Numbered from the stretch's first letter, positions 9,711 through 18,820 are shown. The stretch is DNA of 24,000 bases from an uncultured Chlorobiaceae bacterium (GCA_964354225.1 CAYGZC010000210.1:3823-27822); one strand, 5' to 3'. Program-made: numbers and translations. Notes: generated by a model from the sequence alone, not told the origin.

Positions 9711-10175
9711 ATGGTGTTTACATTCAAAGCAGGCGATATAAAAAAATTAAGTAAGATATTCGGTGTCTCGGCGAAACATAAAGGAAACAATTATCGGTTC
9801 GAGCTAATCGGAAAAGGAATAGCGAGGAAACTTGCGTTAGAAATATATCCTAATATAATAATTGGAAACCGCCGCGGTAATTTAATATCGGCATACACAC
9901 CCAGCGCGCATCTTCAGCTCCATTTCTGTTCCGGTTATGTAATTAGCGAGATGCTAAATGAAGTTACTTTTGTTGGTGAGCATAATGGCAAGCTCTCAGG
10001 TCTTATTATTGAAAAAGAAGGCGGCTGCTCACTCTATGCAAATGTTGATCGCGAGATCCTCTCGGGCGATTTTACTCGTCTCGGTCCGGAAGTAATGTTG
10101 TCGGGTATTGCCTTATCACTGATCGAATCGATTTTACCGGAAAGTGAGATTCGTCCAAAACAAAAAAAATCATGA
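9711..10175 (+). CDS. Hypothetical cytoplasmic protein (154 aa), translationally coupled to ybeY
   Basis: A long ORF in an AT-rich context with no signal peptide. Its stop overlaps the ybeY start (ATGA at 10172-10175). I recognise no family. Confidence 0.6.
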   Translation: MVFTFKAGDIKKLSKIFGVSAKHKGNNYRFELIGKGIARKLALEIYPNIIIGNRRGNLISAYTPSAHLQLHFCSGYVISEMLNEVTFVGEHNGKLSGLIIEKEGGCSLYANVDREILSGDFTRLGPEVMLSGIALSLIESILPESEIRPKQKKS

Positions 10176-10597
10176 TTCATGTCAGGATATTTAATGTGCA
10201 TCCAAAACACAAAATTCAACATAGAGGAACTATCGCTGCAGCTCGATTTGTTGTCAGAAATGAATATCACGGTGATGCTGAGATTAATGTAGTTTTTATT
10301 GATGATAGGAAAATGATCAATTTAAATGGGTTATACCTCGATCATTGGCATGCAACGGATGTATTGAGTTTTCCAATGAAAGAAAATGGAAAGAATATTG
10401 AAGGTGAAGTTTATATAAACCTCGATCAAGCCAGACGCCAGGCGCAGGATTATAAGGTATCTTTCCGAGAAGAATATTCACGTCTTGTAATTCATGGTGT
10501 ACTTCATTTATTAGGTTATCGTGATAAAAAGCGGCAGGATAAATTGCGCATAACAGAGAAAGAAAATTATTATCTATTTAAAGTGAAATTTAAGTAA
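10172..10597 (+). CDS. ybeY: Endoribonuclease YbeY (rRNA maturation factor, UPF0054)
   Basis: TDVLSFP and the metal-binding helix LVIHGVLHLLGYRD match the family motif H-G-x-L-H-L-x-G-Y. The ~141-aa length is typical. Confidence 0.88.
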   Translation: MIHVRIFNVHPKHKIQHRGTIAAARFVVRNEYHGDAEINVVFIDDRKMINLNGLYLDHWHATDVLSFPMKENGKNIEGEVYINLDQARRQAQDYKVSFREEYSRLVIHGVLHLLGYRDKKRQDKLRITEKENYYLFKVKFK

Positions 10598-10632
10598 TAC
10601 ACTAACATAAAATAAAAAACATAAACGACTTG

Positions 10633-12960
10633 ATGGAAAAATCGCTGCTCATAGTTGAATCGCCGGCAAAAGCCAGGACGATTAGCAAATATCTGGGAAA
10701 AGAATTTACAGTCCAAGCATCAGTTGGGCATATTAAAAATTTACCCAAGAGCGATCTGGGAGTTGATCTGGAAAATGGCTATAGGGCGACATTTGAAATT
10801 ATTGAAGGGAAAGAAGAAGTAATCCAAAAGCTGCACGATGCAGTAAAAAAAACTAACAATGTGTACATCGCAACTGACCCTGATAGAGAGGGTGAAGCGA
10901 TTGCAGCAGATATTGCAGAAGAGATAGGTAAGAAGAACAAAAATATTTATCGAGTGTTATTTCACGAAATCACTGAGAGGGGCATCAATGAAGCGATGAA
11001 GAAACCCGGGAAGATCGATGAGAACCTCGTTGCGAGTCAGCGGGCGCGGCGCGTGATGGATCGGATTGTTGGCTACAAAGTAAGTCCATTTGTCTGGAAA
11101 ACAATTTATTATGGTCTTTCTGCGGGCCGCGTTCAGTCGGTGGCACTGCGATTAATTTGTGAACGAGAAGAGGAAATCAAGAGTTTCACCCCAACCGAGT
11201 ATTGGTCGATCATCGGTGAATTTAAAACATCTAATAGTGATGCTTTCTATGCAAAACTTTGGAAGATCGATAGTAAAGAATTGATTGTCCCGTTAAAAGA
11301 TAATCTGACAGAAATCCAGCATAAAGGAACAAGTAATAGATATACATACATACCATCGGAAGCTGAAGCGAATAAGTATCTCGGTGAGATAAATAAACAA
11401 TCTTATACAATTGCAAGTGTACAAAAACGGGAAATAAAACGTAATCCGCTACCGCCGTTTATTACAAGTACGCTGCAGCAAGAAGCATCACGCAAGCTTG
11501 CATTATCCGCATCACGAACGATGAAATTGGCTCAGAAGCTTTATGAGGGAATCGATGTTGGAGCAGAAGGGGCTGTTGGACTCATTACTTATATGCGTAC
11601 AGATTCAACACGCTTGAGCGACGATGCAGTTGCGGAAGTGAGGGAGTATATCTTCAATAATTACGGTAAAGAATATCTTCCCAAGCATCCGAACATCTAT
11701 AAAAAGAAAAAAACTTCGCAGGATGCACATGAGGCAATTCGCCCAACGTCGGTTAAGTATTCACCAAGTGCAGTTAAAAAATACTTAGATAAAGACCTTT
11801 TTCGGCTTTATGAGCTTATCTGGAATCGTTTTGTAGCTTGTCAGATGGAAGCTGCAATTTTGGAGATCACGACTGTTATGGTGGAAGGAGGAATTTTCCA
11901 GTTCAAGGCAACTTCGTCTAAGTACAAGTTTAGGGGATTCTTGCAGGTATACGACGATTCGCTTAATGGTGATGGTGAGCCAGCAGATGAAGAAGATGCA
12001 GAAGTTAAAGATGAACGGCTCCCTTCAAACATTACAACAGGCCAAACAGCATCTTTACTTAGTGTTGTTCCACATAGGCACGAAACATCACCGCTGCCGC
12101 GGTACACGGAAAGTAGTTTGGTGAAAACTTTGGAAATGCTCGGTATCGGGCGCCCAAGCACCTATGCGCTTATTGTTAGTACTATAATAGATCGGAAATA
12201 TGTTGAGCAGCGAGAGCGTAAGTTGTACGCTCTGCAGCTTGGTATGGAAGTTAATAAACTCCTTACAACAAATTTCGCACACATCTTCAATGTCCGTTTC
12301 ACGGCGAAGATGGAGGAAGAACTCGACACAATCGCATCTGGAAAAAATACGTATGAAAAAGTATTAGATGATTTCTATATTCCGTTCAGCGATTCACTTG
12401 AGAAAGCTTCTAAAAAAGCTTCTACCATCAAAAAGTCTTTACAAGAAGAAACCCAGGAGATATGTGAGCTTTGCGGTAAGCCGTTGATCATCAAATGGGG
12501 AAGAAACGGTAAGTTTATGGCTTGCAGTGGTTACCCCGGATGTAAAAACACAAAGCCGCTACCTGAAGATCAGGAAAAAGTGCAACATTTAGCTGGTTTA
12601 AAGTGTGAGCTTTGCGGTGGAGAGATGTTGGTTCGCTCAAGTAGGTTCGGGACTTTTCTCGGTTGTTCAAATTATCCAAAATGTAAAAATACCAAACCAA
12701 TCTCGATGGGAATTAAATGCCCGAAATGTGCGGAAGGAGACATCATCGAAAGAAAGACGAAGCGTAAGCGGGTATTTTATGGATGCTCGAATTATCCTAA
12801 ATGTGATTTTGCCTCGTGGGATAAGCCGACCGACCAACCATGTGAAACGTGCGGTGCACCATTTATGGTTTTGAAATATTCAGAGAAACGTGGAGAATTC
12901 TTGAAATGTCCCTCGTGCAAAAGCGAGGTTAAAAAAGTTGAGGTTGCCGCAGCCATCTGA
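10633..12960 (+). CDS. topA: DNA topoisomerase I (type IA) with four C-terminal Cys4 zinc ribbons
   Basis: Toprim N-terminus LLIVESPAKARTISKYLG and DPDREGEAIA. The active-site region is GLITYMRTDSTR. Four C-x2-C...C-x2-5-C ribbons are present (CELCGKP..CSGYPGC, CELCGGE..CSNYPKC, CPKCAEG..CSNYPKC, CETCGAP..CPSC). ATG 10633 is preferred over TTG 10630. Confidence 0.96.
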   Translation: MEKSLLIVESPAKARTISKYLGKEFTVQASVGHIKNLPKSDLGVDLENGYRATFEIIEGKEEVIQKLHDAVKKTNNVYIATDPDREGEAIAADIAEEIGKKNKNIYRVLFHEITERGINEAMKKPGKIDENLVASQRARRVMDRIVGYKVSPFVWKTIYYGLSAGRVQSVALRLICEREEEIKSFTPTEYWSIIGEFKTSNSDAFYAKLWKIDSKELIVPLKDNLTEIQHKGTSNRYTYIPSEAEANKYLGEINKQSYTIASVQKREIKRNPLPPFITSTLQQEASRKLALSASRTMKLAQKLYEGIDVGAEGAVGLITYMRTDSTRLSDDAVAEVREYIFNNYGKEYLPKHPNIYKKKKTSQDAHEAIRPTSVKYSPSAVKKYLDKDLFRLYELIWNRFVACQMEAAILEITTVMVEGGIFQFKATSSKYKFRGFLQVYDDSLNGDGEPADEEDAEVKDERLPSNITTGQTASLLSVVPHRHETSPLPRYTESSLVKTLEMLGIGRPSTYALIVSTIIDRKYVEQRERKLYALQLGMEVNKLLTTNFAHIFNVRFTAKMEEELDTIASGKNTYEKVLDDFYIPFSDSLEKASKKASTIKKSLQEETQEICELCGKPLIIKWGRNGKFMACSGYPGCKNTKPLPEDQEKVQHLAGLKCELCGGEMLVRSSRFGTFLGCSNYPKCKNTKPISMGIKCPKCAEGDIIERKTKRKRVFYGCSNYPKCDFASWDKPTDQPCETCGAPFMVLKYSEKRGEFLKCPSCKSEVKKVEVAAAI

Positions 12961-12968
12961 TAGATTGT

Positions 12969-13877
12969 ATGATAATCGAATATATAAAAAAATATTTATA
13001 TTATCTTTCGAGTGAGCGCAATTATTCCCCTCATACCGTATCTGCATACGAGGGTGATCTCAACCAGTTTTATGAATTTCTCAAGCGGCATTTTTCGGGT
13101 ATGCCGTTTAAAGTTGCAAATATCGATCAGGTAACTATCAGACTTTTTTTAGGAGACTTGCTCGAGGATGGAAGAAGTAAAAGTAGTGTTGCGCGGAAGC
13201 TCGTAGCAGTTCGTTCGTTCCTGAAGTACTTGGTAAAGCTAAATGTCATAAAACATAATGCGGGATTGAATGTGGTTTCTCCACGGCTTCCGAAGAAACT
13301 TCCATACTTTCTCGATGAAGCTTCCGTCGAACGGATGATGGCTATTCCCGATTGTTCAGTAATGGAGGGTTTGCGTGATCGTGCAATATTGGAGCTTTTA
13401 TACAGCACTGGCATCAGGTTGGCTGAGCTGATTCAGCTTAATCTGGATCAGGTCGATTTTATAAACGACACGATAAAAATCTTTGGCAAAGGACGGAAGC
13501 ATCGCATCGTTCCAATCGGAAGGAAGGCAAGGGAAGCAATAAAACAATATCTCAAAGAAAGAGACAAACAATTATATGTGATTACTAAAGAAGAGGATCG
13601 TAAAGCCCTATTTCTTTCTGCGCGGGGAAAAAGAATGTACCCGAAGGGAATTTTCAGAATTGTTAACAAATATATTAGCGCGATCTCAGAAATCGAAAAG
13701 AAAAGCCCGCACGTTTTGCGTCATACGTTCGCAACTCATCTGCTGAATCGTGGAGCAGACTTGCGTGCCGTAAAGGAATTACTCGGACATGAAAGTTTAT
13801 CCACAACGCAATTATACACACATGTAACAGTGAATCGCCTTAAGCGTATATATAATCAAGCACATCCAAAAGCTTAG
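12969..13877 (+). CDS. xerC: Tyrosine site-specific recombinase, XerC/XerD family
   Basis: N-terminal SAM-like domain YLSSERNYSPHTVSAYEGDLNQF. The catalytic domain has LLYSTGIRLAEL (Arg), HVLRHTFATHLL (H-x-x-R), LLGHESLSTTQLYTHV (His and the Tyr nucleophile) and a C-terminal AHPKA. XerC versus XerD cannot be decided from sequence by eye. Confidence 0.88.
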   Translation: MIIEYIKKYLYYLSSERNYSPHTVSAYEGDLNQFYEFLKRHFSGMPFKVANIDQVTIRLFLGDLLEDGRSKSSVARKLVAVRSFLKYLVKLNVIKHNAGLNVVSPRLPKKLPYFLDEASVERMMAIPDCSVMEGLRDRAILELLYSTGIRLAELIQLNLDQVDFINDTIKIFGKGRKHRIVPIGRKAREAIKQYLKERDKQLYVITKEEDRKALFLSARGKRMYPKGIFRIVNKYISAISEIEKKSPHVLRHTFATHLLNRGADLRAVKELLGHESLSTTQLYTHVTVNRLKRIYNQAHPKA

Positions 13878-13898
13878 TTTAATTGAAAGGAGTTATTT

Positions 13899-14252
13899 AT
13901 GGACATACATTTTACTGCACGAAAATTTAAAGCTCACGACACTATGAAAGAACATGCAGTCGAAGCGGTAAAACGCCTCGACAAATATTACGATGGTATT
14001 ATGCGCAGCGACATTATCTTGAGCTTTGAACGCACAACAAATAGTTTAAAGATGGCAGAAATAAATCTCCGCGTCCAGGGAACACTGCTATCAGCTAAAG
14101 AGAAAAGTGAAGATTTTTATAAATCTATCGATCTTGCGATAGAAAAATTGGAACGACAGCTTGCGAAACATAAAACAAAAATACGCACGAAAAATAAAAC
14201 GACGTTGCGCCGGGTAAAAGAAGATATCACCATCAGCGGGGAAGAAGAATGA
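13899..14252 (+). CDS. hpf: Ribosome hibernation-promoting factor / RaiA family, short form
   Basis: MDIHFTARKFKAHDTMKEHAVEAVKRLDKYYDGI...AEINLRVQGTLLSAKEKSEDFYKSIDLAIEKLERQLAKHK fits the sigma54-modulation/YfiA fold pattern. At 117 aa it lacks the long-HPF C-terminal dimerisation domain. A strong SD, AAGGAG, lies upstream. Confidence 0.88.
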   Translation: MDIHFTARKFKAHDTMKEHAVEAVKRLDKYYDGIMRSDIILSFERTTNSLKMAEINLRVQGTLLSAKEKSEDFYKSIDLAIEKLERQLAKHKTKIRTKNKTTLRRVKEDITISGEEE

Positions 14253-15262
14253 AATCTATACCAAATAAAACGTCGATGAAAGAAAGCATTACAGTCGGCT
14301 TTCTCTATGAGAGTAATAAGGAAAGACTGAAGCTCACAGCACTTTCTGGTGAGATCAGTTTCAATCGGGAAATAAAGGATAAGAATATTCATCGTCCGGG
14401 TTTGGCATTAGCAGGATATGTTCAGCTATTTAGATTTGATCGGGTTCAGGTTTGTGGTAATACTGAGATGCGTTATCTTGCGACTTTGAATCCGCAACAG
14501 AGAGAATTGGCACTGCAAAAGATTTTTCAATTTAACGTACCTTGTGTTATAGTTACAAACAATAACGAAGTTGACGAACATTTCTTGAAAATCGCAAACG
14601 AACATCAGATACCGATTTTGATTACGCCATTTGAAACAACAAAGCTTGTCTACATTTTAAGTGATTTCCTTGATGATCAATTTTCTCCTCAAACTATTGT
14701 TCATGGATCATTCGTCGATGTTTACGGCATTGGTTTATTGTTAATGGGACGTTCGGGGATTGGGAAAAGTGAAATCGCTCTCGACCTTATTGAGCGCGGA
14801 CATCGCCTGGTTGCCGATGATGTTGTAATGATCACCAGAAAAGGTGAAGGAATATTGATGGGATCAGGAACAGATTTAGTCAAACACTTCATGGAAATTC
14901 GCGGGCTTGGATTAATCGATGTTCGAAGCATGTTTGGTATTCGTGCAATCCGCTTTCAGAAGCGTATCGAAATCATAGTCGAGCTGATGGATTGGCAGCC
15001 CGATGCTGAATATACCCGCACGGGTCTTGATGATGAGGGTATGAACATTCTTGACGTTCAGCTTACACGAGTGAAATTACCTATCTTCCCCGGGAAAAAT
15101 GTTACCGTGATATGCGAAGTAATTGCCCTTAACTATCTATTAAAACATTATGGTTACGATTCGGCAAAAGAGTTCTCAAAACGGCTGGAAGCGGTTATTT
15201 CTGAGAAAAGTAAACAAGTTGGTGAGCGTGTAATCGATTATTTTGAACATGATTTCGAGTAA
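14249..15262 (+). CDS. hprK: HPr(Ser) kinase/phosphorylase
   Basis: HGSFVDVYGIGLLLMGRSGIGKSEIALDLIERGHRLVADD contains the P-loop. The HprK signature MEIRGLGLIDV is present. The 337-aa length fits. The start overlaps the hpf stop (ATGA, 14249-14252). Confidence 0.93.
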   Translation: MKSIPNKTSMKESITVGFLYESNKERLKLTALSGEISFNREIKDKNIHRPGLALAGYVQLFRFDRVQVCGNTEMRYLATLNPQQRELALQKIFQFNVPCVIVTNNNEVDEHFLKIANEHQIPILITPFETTKLVYILSDFLDDQFSPQTIVHGSFVDVYGIGLLLMGRSGIGKSEIALDLIERGHRLVADDVVMITRKGEGILMGSGTDLVKHFMEIRGLGLIDVRSMFGIRAIRFQKRIEIIVELMDWQPDAEYTRTGLDDEGMNILDVQLTRVKLPIFPGKNVTVICEVIALNYLLKHYGYDSAKEFSKRLEAVISEKSKQVGERVIDYFEHDFE

Positions 15263-15290
15263 CAAAAATCACACGTTTAAAAAAATTAGC

Positions 15291-15319
15291 TTGACAAACA
15301 CATATTTTTTTTTTAATTT
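15291..15319 (+). promoter_or_regulatory. Sigma70-type promoter directly upstream of the M23 peptidase gene
   Basis: TTGACA (15291-15296), a 17-nt spacer containing a T10 run (15305-15314), then TAATTT (15314-15319). The -10 element ends only 9 nt before ATG 15329. Confidence 0.45.
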
Positions 15320-15328
15320 TGAGCCGAT

Positions 15329-16288
15329 ATGTTTAGAAAATACAAGGAAATAACGTTCTTTTATGCCGATCATCTCTTGCAAATCCGCAAGATTCGGTGG
15401 GTTAGACTGAAAATCATCGGAATAGCAGCTGCTTCGGTTGCTCTTTGTATTGGACTTTTACTAACGGCAAACTACCTCTGTAATAATTTTTTAGGCATTG
15501 GCAACAATCGGCTGCAAGTGCTTATGCAAGAAAACCGGTTATTGCACGAACAGTTAGCCGCTATCACCCAGCAATTGAATCAGGTCGAAAACTCGATGAG
15601 CCGGCTTTCTGATCAAGGTAATCAACTAAGATTGATGGTCGATCTCCCTACAGTAGACGAGCAAACTCAGCATGCGGGAACAGGCGGCTCGGTGCTTGAA
15701 TCAGAATTAGATTTCGGTTCTGATAGTTCTTTGCAGCTTCTCAGCATGACTAAAATATTGCTGCGGTCATTATCGAGTGAAGTTAAAGTTCAAGAACAAA
15801 GCTACGGACAGATTGTTAACAAGTATGAGTTCAATAAAGGATATTTCACTGCGTTGCCAGCAATCAAACCCATGAGTGGTTTCTATTCAACAAAAGAGTT
15901 CGGTGTCAGAATGCATCCTGTGTTAGGTATTAAGAAGATCCATGAAGGGTTAGATATTGTAAATGATGTAGGTACTCAGGTTGTTGCAACAGGCGATGGT
16001 GTTGTTCAGTTAGCGGGACACACAGGCGGTGGATTCGGTTATGCTATTGTGATCAACCATGGATATGGATACCAAACTGTGTATGCTCATCTCTCAAAAA
16101 TTCTTGTTCGGGAAGGGCAACATGTGAAACGCGGTAATTTGATTGCAAAAAGTGGCAGATCAGGACTTGTGAGCGGGCCACATTTGCATTATGAAGTTCG
16201 ACACAACGGTATCAGTCAGAATCCGATGGATTATTTTTTTGATGATGTCACTATTGGTAAATATCGTCAACAAATGGCATTGCAATGA
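15329..16288 (+). CDS. M23 family metallopeptidase with N-terminal membrane anchor and coiled coil (EnvC/NlpD-like architecture)
   Basis: TM segment IIGIAAASVALCIGLLLTA and a coiled-coil-like LLHEQLAAITQQLNQVENSMSRLSDQGNQL. The LytM/M23 catalytic motifs are intact: HEGLDI (HxxxD) and GPHLHYEV (HxH). Confidence 0.9.
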   Translation: MFRKYKEITFFYADHLLQIRKIRWVRLKIIGIAAASVALCIGLLLTANYLCNNFLGIGNNRLQVLMQENRLLHEQLAAITQQLNQVENSMSRLSDQGNQLRLMVDLPTVDEQTQHAGTGGSVLESELDFGSDSSLQLLSMTKILLRSLSSEVKVQEQSYGQIVNKYEFNKGYFTALPAIKPMSGFYSTKEFGVRMHPVLGIKKIHEGLDIVNDVGTQVVATGDGVVQLAGHTGGGFGYAIVINHGYGYQTVYAHLSKILVREGQHVKRGNLIAKSGRSGLVSGPHLHYEVRHNGISQNPMDYFFDDVTIGKYRQQMALQ

Positions 16289-16345
16289 GATTCGATACAT
16301 AATTCTAATGCAATCGGAATAGATTCAAGACTTAGGAGTAATAAT

Positions 16346-16570
16346 ATGATTTGGACAATGGAACTTGCTTCGTATCTCGATGATGCACCCTGGCCCGCAA
16401 CCAAGGAAGAACTCATTGATTATGCACTTCGAACGGGGGCACCGAATGAGGTTATCGAAAATCTTCAAGAGTTAGAAGACACTGAAGAACCATACGAAAG
16501 TATGGATGAAATATGGCCCGACTATCCAACCGAGAGCGACTATTTCTTCGAAGATGAAAACGAGTATTGA
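16346..16570 (+). CDS. DUF2795 family small acidic protein
   Basis: SYLDDAPWPATKEELIDYALRTGAPNEVIENLQEL matches the DUF2795 pattern as I recall it (YL-x-x-x-x-[YW]PA-x-K-x-x-L...GA...V...L). An acidic tail follows. SD TAGGAG lies upstream and a strong terminator downstream. Confidence 0.75.
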   Translation: MIWTMELASYLDDAPWPATKEELIDYALRTGAPNEVIENLQELEDTEEPYESMDEIWPDYPTESDYFFEDENEY

Positions 16571-16614
16571 TTGTTATTTTTTTTGACTGTAAAAGTAACT
16601 GTAAAACCATTACG

Positions 16615-16649
16615 ACCCATCCCCAGCGCGAACGGTGGATGGGTTTTTT
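16615..16649 (+). terminator. Rho-independent terminator after the DUF2795 gene
   Basis: ACCCATCC (16615-16622) pairs perfectly with GGATGGGT (16637-16644) and runs into a T tract (16644-16649). Confidence 0.8.
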
Positions 16650-16687
16650 ATTATGAATATGTAAACACTACTCCCTTGATACATTAA

Positions 16688-18811
16688 ATGTTACGTTTTT
16701 TAAATTTACCAATTTATATCTTAATCTTCCTTGCTATATTTATCGTTGGAGGAATTTGGAACCAATCATTTGCACAAGTATCATCAACGAAGGGTGATAA
16801 ACAATTTGAAATTAATAAAATTGAATTTAAGGGTAACAGGGTGCTCAGCGATGATGCGCTTAGCGAAGTTCTTCAATCGAAGGAGACACCAGGTTGGTTT
16901 TCACAATTCTTGTATCTTACGTTAGGAGAGAAGCTTGGTGCGAAGCCCGAATATTTCGATGCGGAAATATTCGCTGAAGATCAACATCGGCTCAAGGCGC
17001 TTTATCAGAGCAACGGTTTTTACAATCCTATAATTTCCAGGGAAACAAAGGTTGATACTGGAATGAATTGTATCGACCTGTTCTTTACAATTCAAGGAAA
17101 CAAGCGTTCATACATCGATAGCATTGCCTATCTTGGACTCGATTCAATACCGTCTGATCTTCGATCAAAGCTATTCTTTGAGCCAATCGTCCATACAGGT
17201 ATGCCTTATTACAGTGTCAGTGGCTCGGCTGAAATTGCGCGAATATTAGAGTTTCTTTCGAATAATGGTTTTCCCGCCGCTCGCTATGATGTTGATAATT
17301 CCGGTGCCTTCCAGTTTACTTCATCGGATAATTTTTTCTTGAAATTTGTTTTTAAAACGGGAATACCGTACCGGTTCGGTTCTATTACAATACATGTAGA
17401 ACCCCCACGTGAAGACATCACCAACGATCTTTCGATCAGGTATCTCGATTTTCAAGCAGGTGAAAGGTTCAGCAGCGAGAAGATAACCTCGAGCGAACGC
17501 AGTCTTAATCGTCTTGGAATCTTTGAATCGGCAAGAATCGATCATCCAAATGTTTATGATACTTCTACATCGGACATAATACCGATAGATATCTATGCTC
17601 GTCCGCAAGTACGCAACGACTTATCTCCAGAGCTGATTGTATCCGATGAGGGTGGTTTCTTCAATCTTGGTATTGGTATAGGATACATCCGGCGAAATTT
17701 CATTGGAGATGCACGCAACTTCAATGCCCATACACGAATTAGAACGCAAGATATCCAACGCTGGGATTTTGATAAAGTTTTTGGTGGAAAAGGTTTGCGT
17801 GATTTCTCAGTTAAGGGAGCAGTTGAATTAGAATTTCAAATATTGCAGCCATATCTCTTTACAAAAACATTAAGCGGTTCGTGGACTTCCTCGATAAGTG
17901 CTGAGAAACAAGAAATATTTATTCTATCCATACTTCGGAACAAGATCGGTGTCAGTAATCAGTTTGCAACCTACACATATGGCTTTTTCGATTGGACACT
18001 TGAGCGGGTAAGCCCGGAAATATTGCAGGATACCGTCAGGATACAGTCGGTACTGAAGGTGCTTAAGCAAGAAGATCAACCTCAATTTAACTCGATTCTT
18101 ACAGTTACATTACAGCGCGATAAAACAAACGATATCTTTTCACCTACAGAAGGTTTTTTCAATAGTATTTCTTTTGAAGAATCTGGAATTCTCCCAAAGA
18201 TCCTGCCCGGTATACGTGCAGGCCTTCCATTTACTCAGTACTATAAAGTTACTCTTCTGGGTCGATGGTACACTGACCTAACAAGACGCCGCTTTAACAT
18301 CATTGCATGGAAATTAAAGTCGGGTTATCAAAACAAATATGGGGAAAGTAAGTATAGTTCTGTTAGGATTCCTTTGAATAGACGATTCTTTGCAGGGGGA
18401 AGCGGCAGTGTTCGAGGATGGAGAGCGCGTGAGCTTGGTATGTTGCCTGATGAGCTAATTCAATTCGGAGGTAACTTCAGCTTCGAAGGAAGTGTGGAAA
18501 TGCGCGTCAGTCATTTCCAGGGCTTTGGGAAATTATGGTTCCTGCAGTTAGATAATATCCTCGGTGTTTACTTTCTTGATTTTGGAAATATCTGGGGTGA
18601 TATAGTTGACTTTAAACCCAAGGATGTAGCAGCTGCTGCGGGGATTGGCCTAAGATACGAGACTTTTTTTGGACCGTTCCGCATCGATTATGGTTTTAAA
18701 TTGTACGATCCGAAAGCTGAAGCCGGTAGCCGAACGATTTTCCAGAATAGATTTTTTGGTGAAACACTTAAAAACGGTGTAATTAATTTCGGAATAGGTC
18801 ACGCTTTTTAA
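16688..18811 (+). CDS. Omp85/BamA-family outer-membrane protein (POTRA repeats plus bacterial surface antigen beta-barrel)
   Basis: Signal peptide ending SFAQ. POTRA-like INKIEFKGNRVLSDDALSEVL. The barrel motif is RFFAGGSGSVRGW, and the C-terminus ends in an aromatic residue (GIGHAF). At 707 aa it is shorter than a canonical 5-POTRA BamA, so only the family level is called. Confidence 0.85.
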   Translation: MLRFLNLPIYILIFLAIFIVGGIWNQSFAQVSSTKGDKQFEINKIEFKGNRVLSDDALSEVLQSKETPGWFSQFLYLTLGEKLGAKPEYFDAEIFAEDQHRLKALYQSNGFYNPIISRETKVDTGMNCIDLFFTIQGNKRSYIDSIAYLGLDSIPSDLRSKLFFEPIVHTGMPYYSVSGSAEIARILEFLSNNGFPAARYDVDNSGAFQFTSSDNFFLKFVFKTGIPYRFGSITIHVEPPREDITNDLSIRYLDFQAGERFSSEKITSSERSLNRLGIFESARIDHPNVYDTSTSDIIPIDIYARPQVRNDLSPELIVSDEGGFFNLGIGIGYIRRNFIGDARNFNAHTRIRTQDIQRWDFDKVFGGKGLRDFSVKGAVELEFQILQPYLFTKTLSGSWTSSISAEKQEIFILSILRNKIGVSNQFATYTYGFFDWTLERVSPEILQDTVRIQSVLKVLKQEDQPQFNSILTVTLQRDKTNDIFSPTEGFFNSISFEESGILPKILPGIRAGLPFTQYYKVTLLGRWYTDLTRRRFNIIAWKLKSGYQNKYGESKYSSVRIPLNRRFFAGGSGSVRGWRARELGMLPDELIQFGGNFSFEGSVEMRVSHFQGFGKLWFLQLDNILGVYFLDFGNIWGDIVDFKPKDVAAAAGIGLRYETFFGPFRIDYGFKLYDPKAEAGSRTIFQNRFFGETLKNGVINFGIGHAF

Positions 18812-18820
18812 ATTTTATAT

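Noticed and set aside
12469-12960. Four repeated zinc-ribbon modules at the topA 3' end as a possible unusual repeat.
   Set aside because: Tandem Cys4 zinc ribbons are a standard feature of bacterial topoisomerase I C-terminal domains. All four retain their cysteines, so this is not anomalous.
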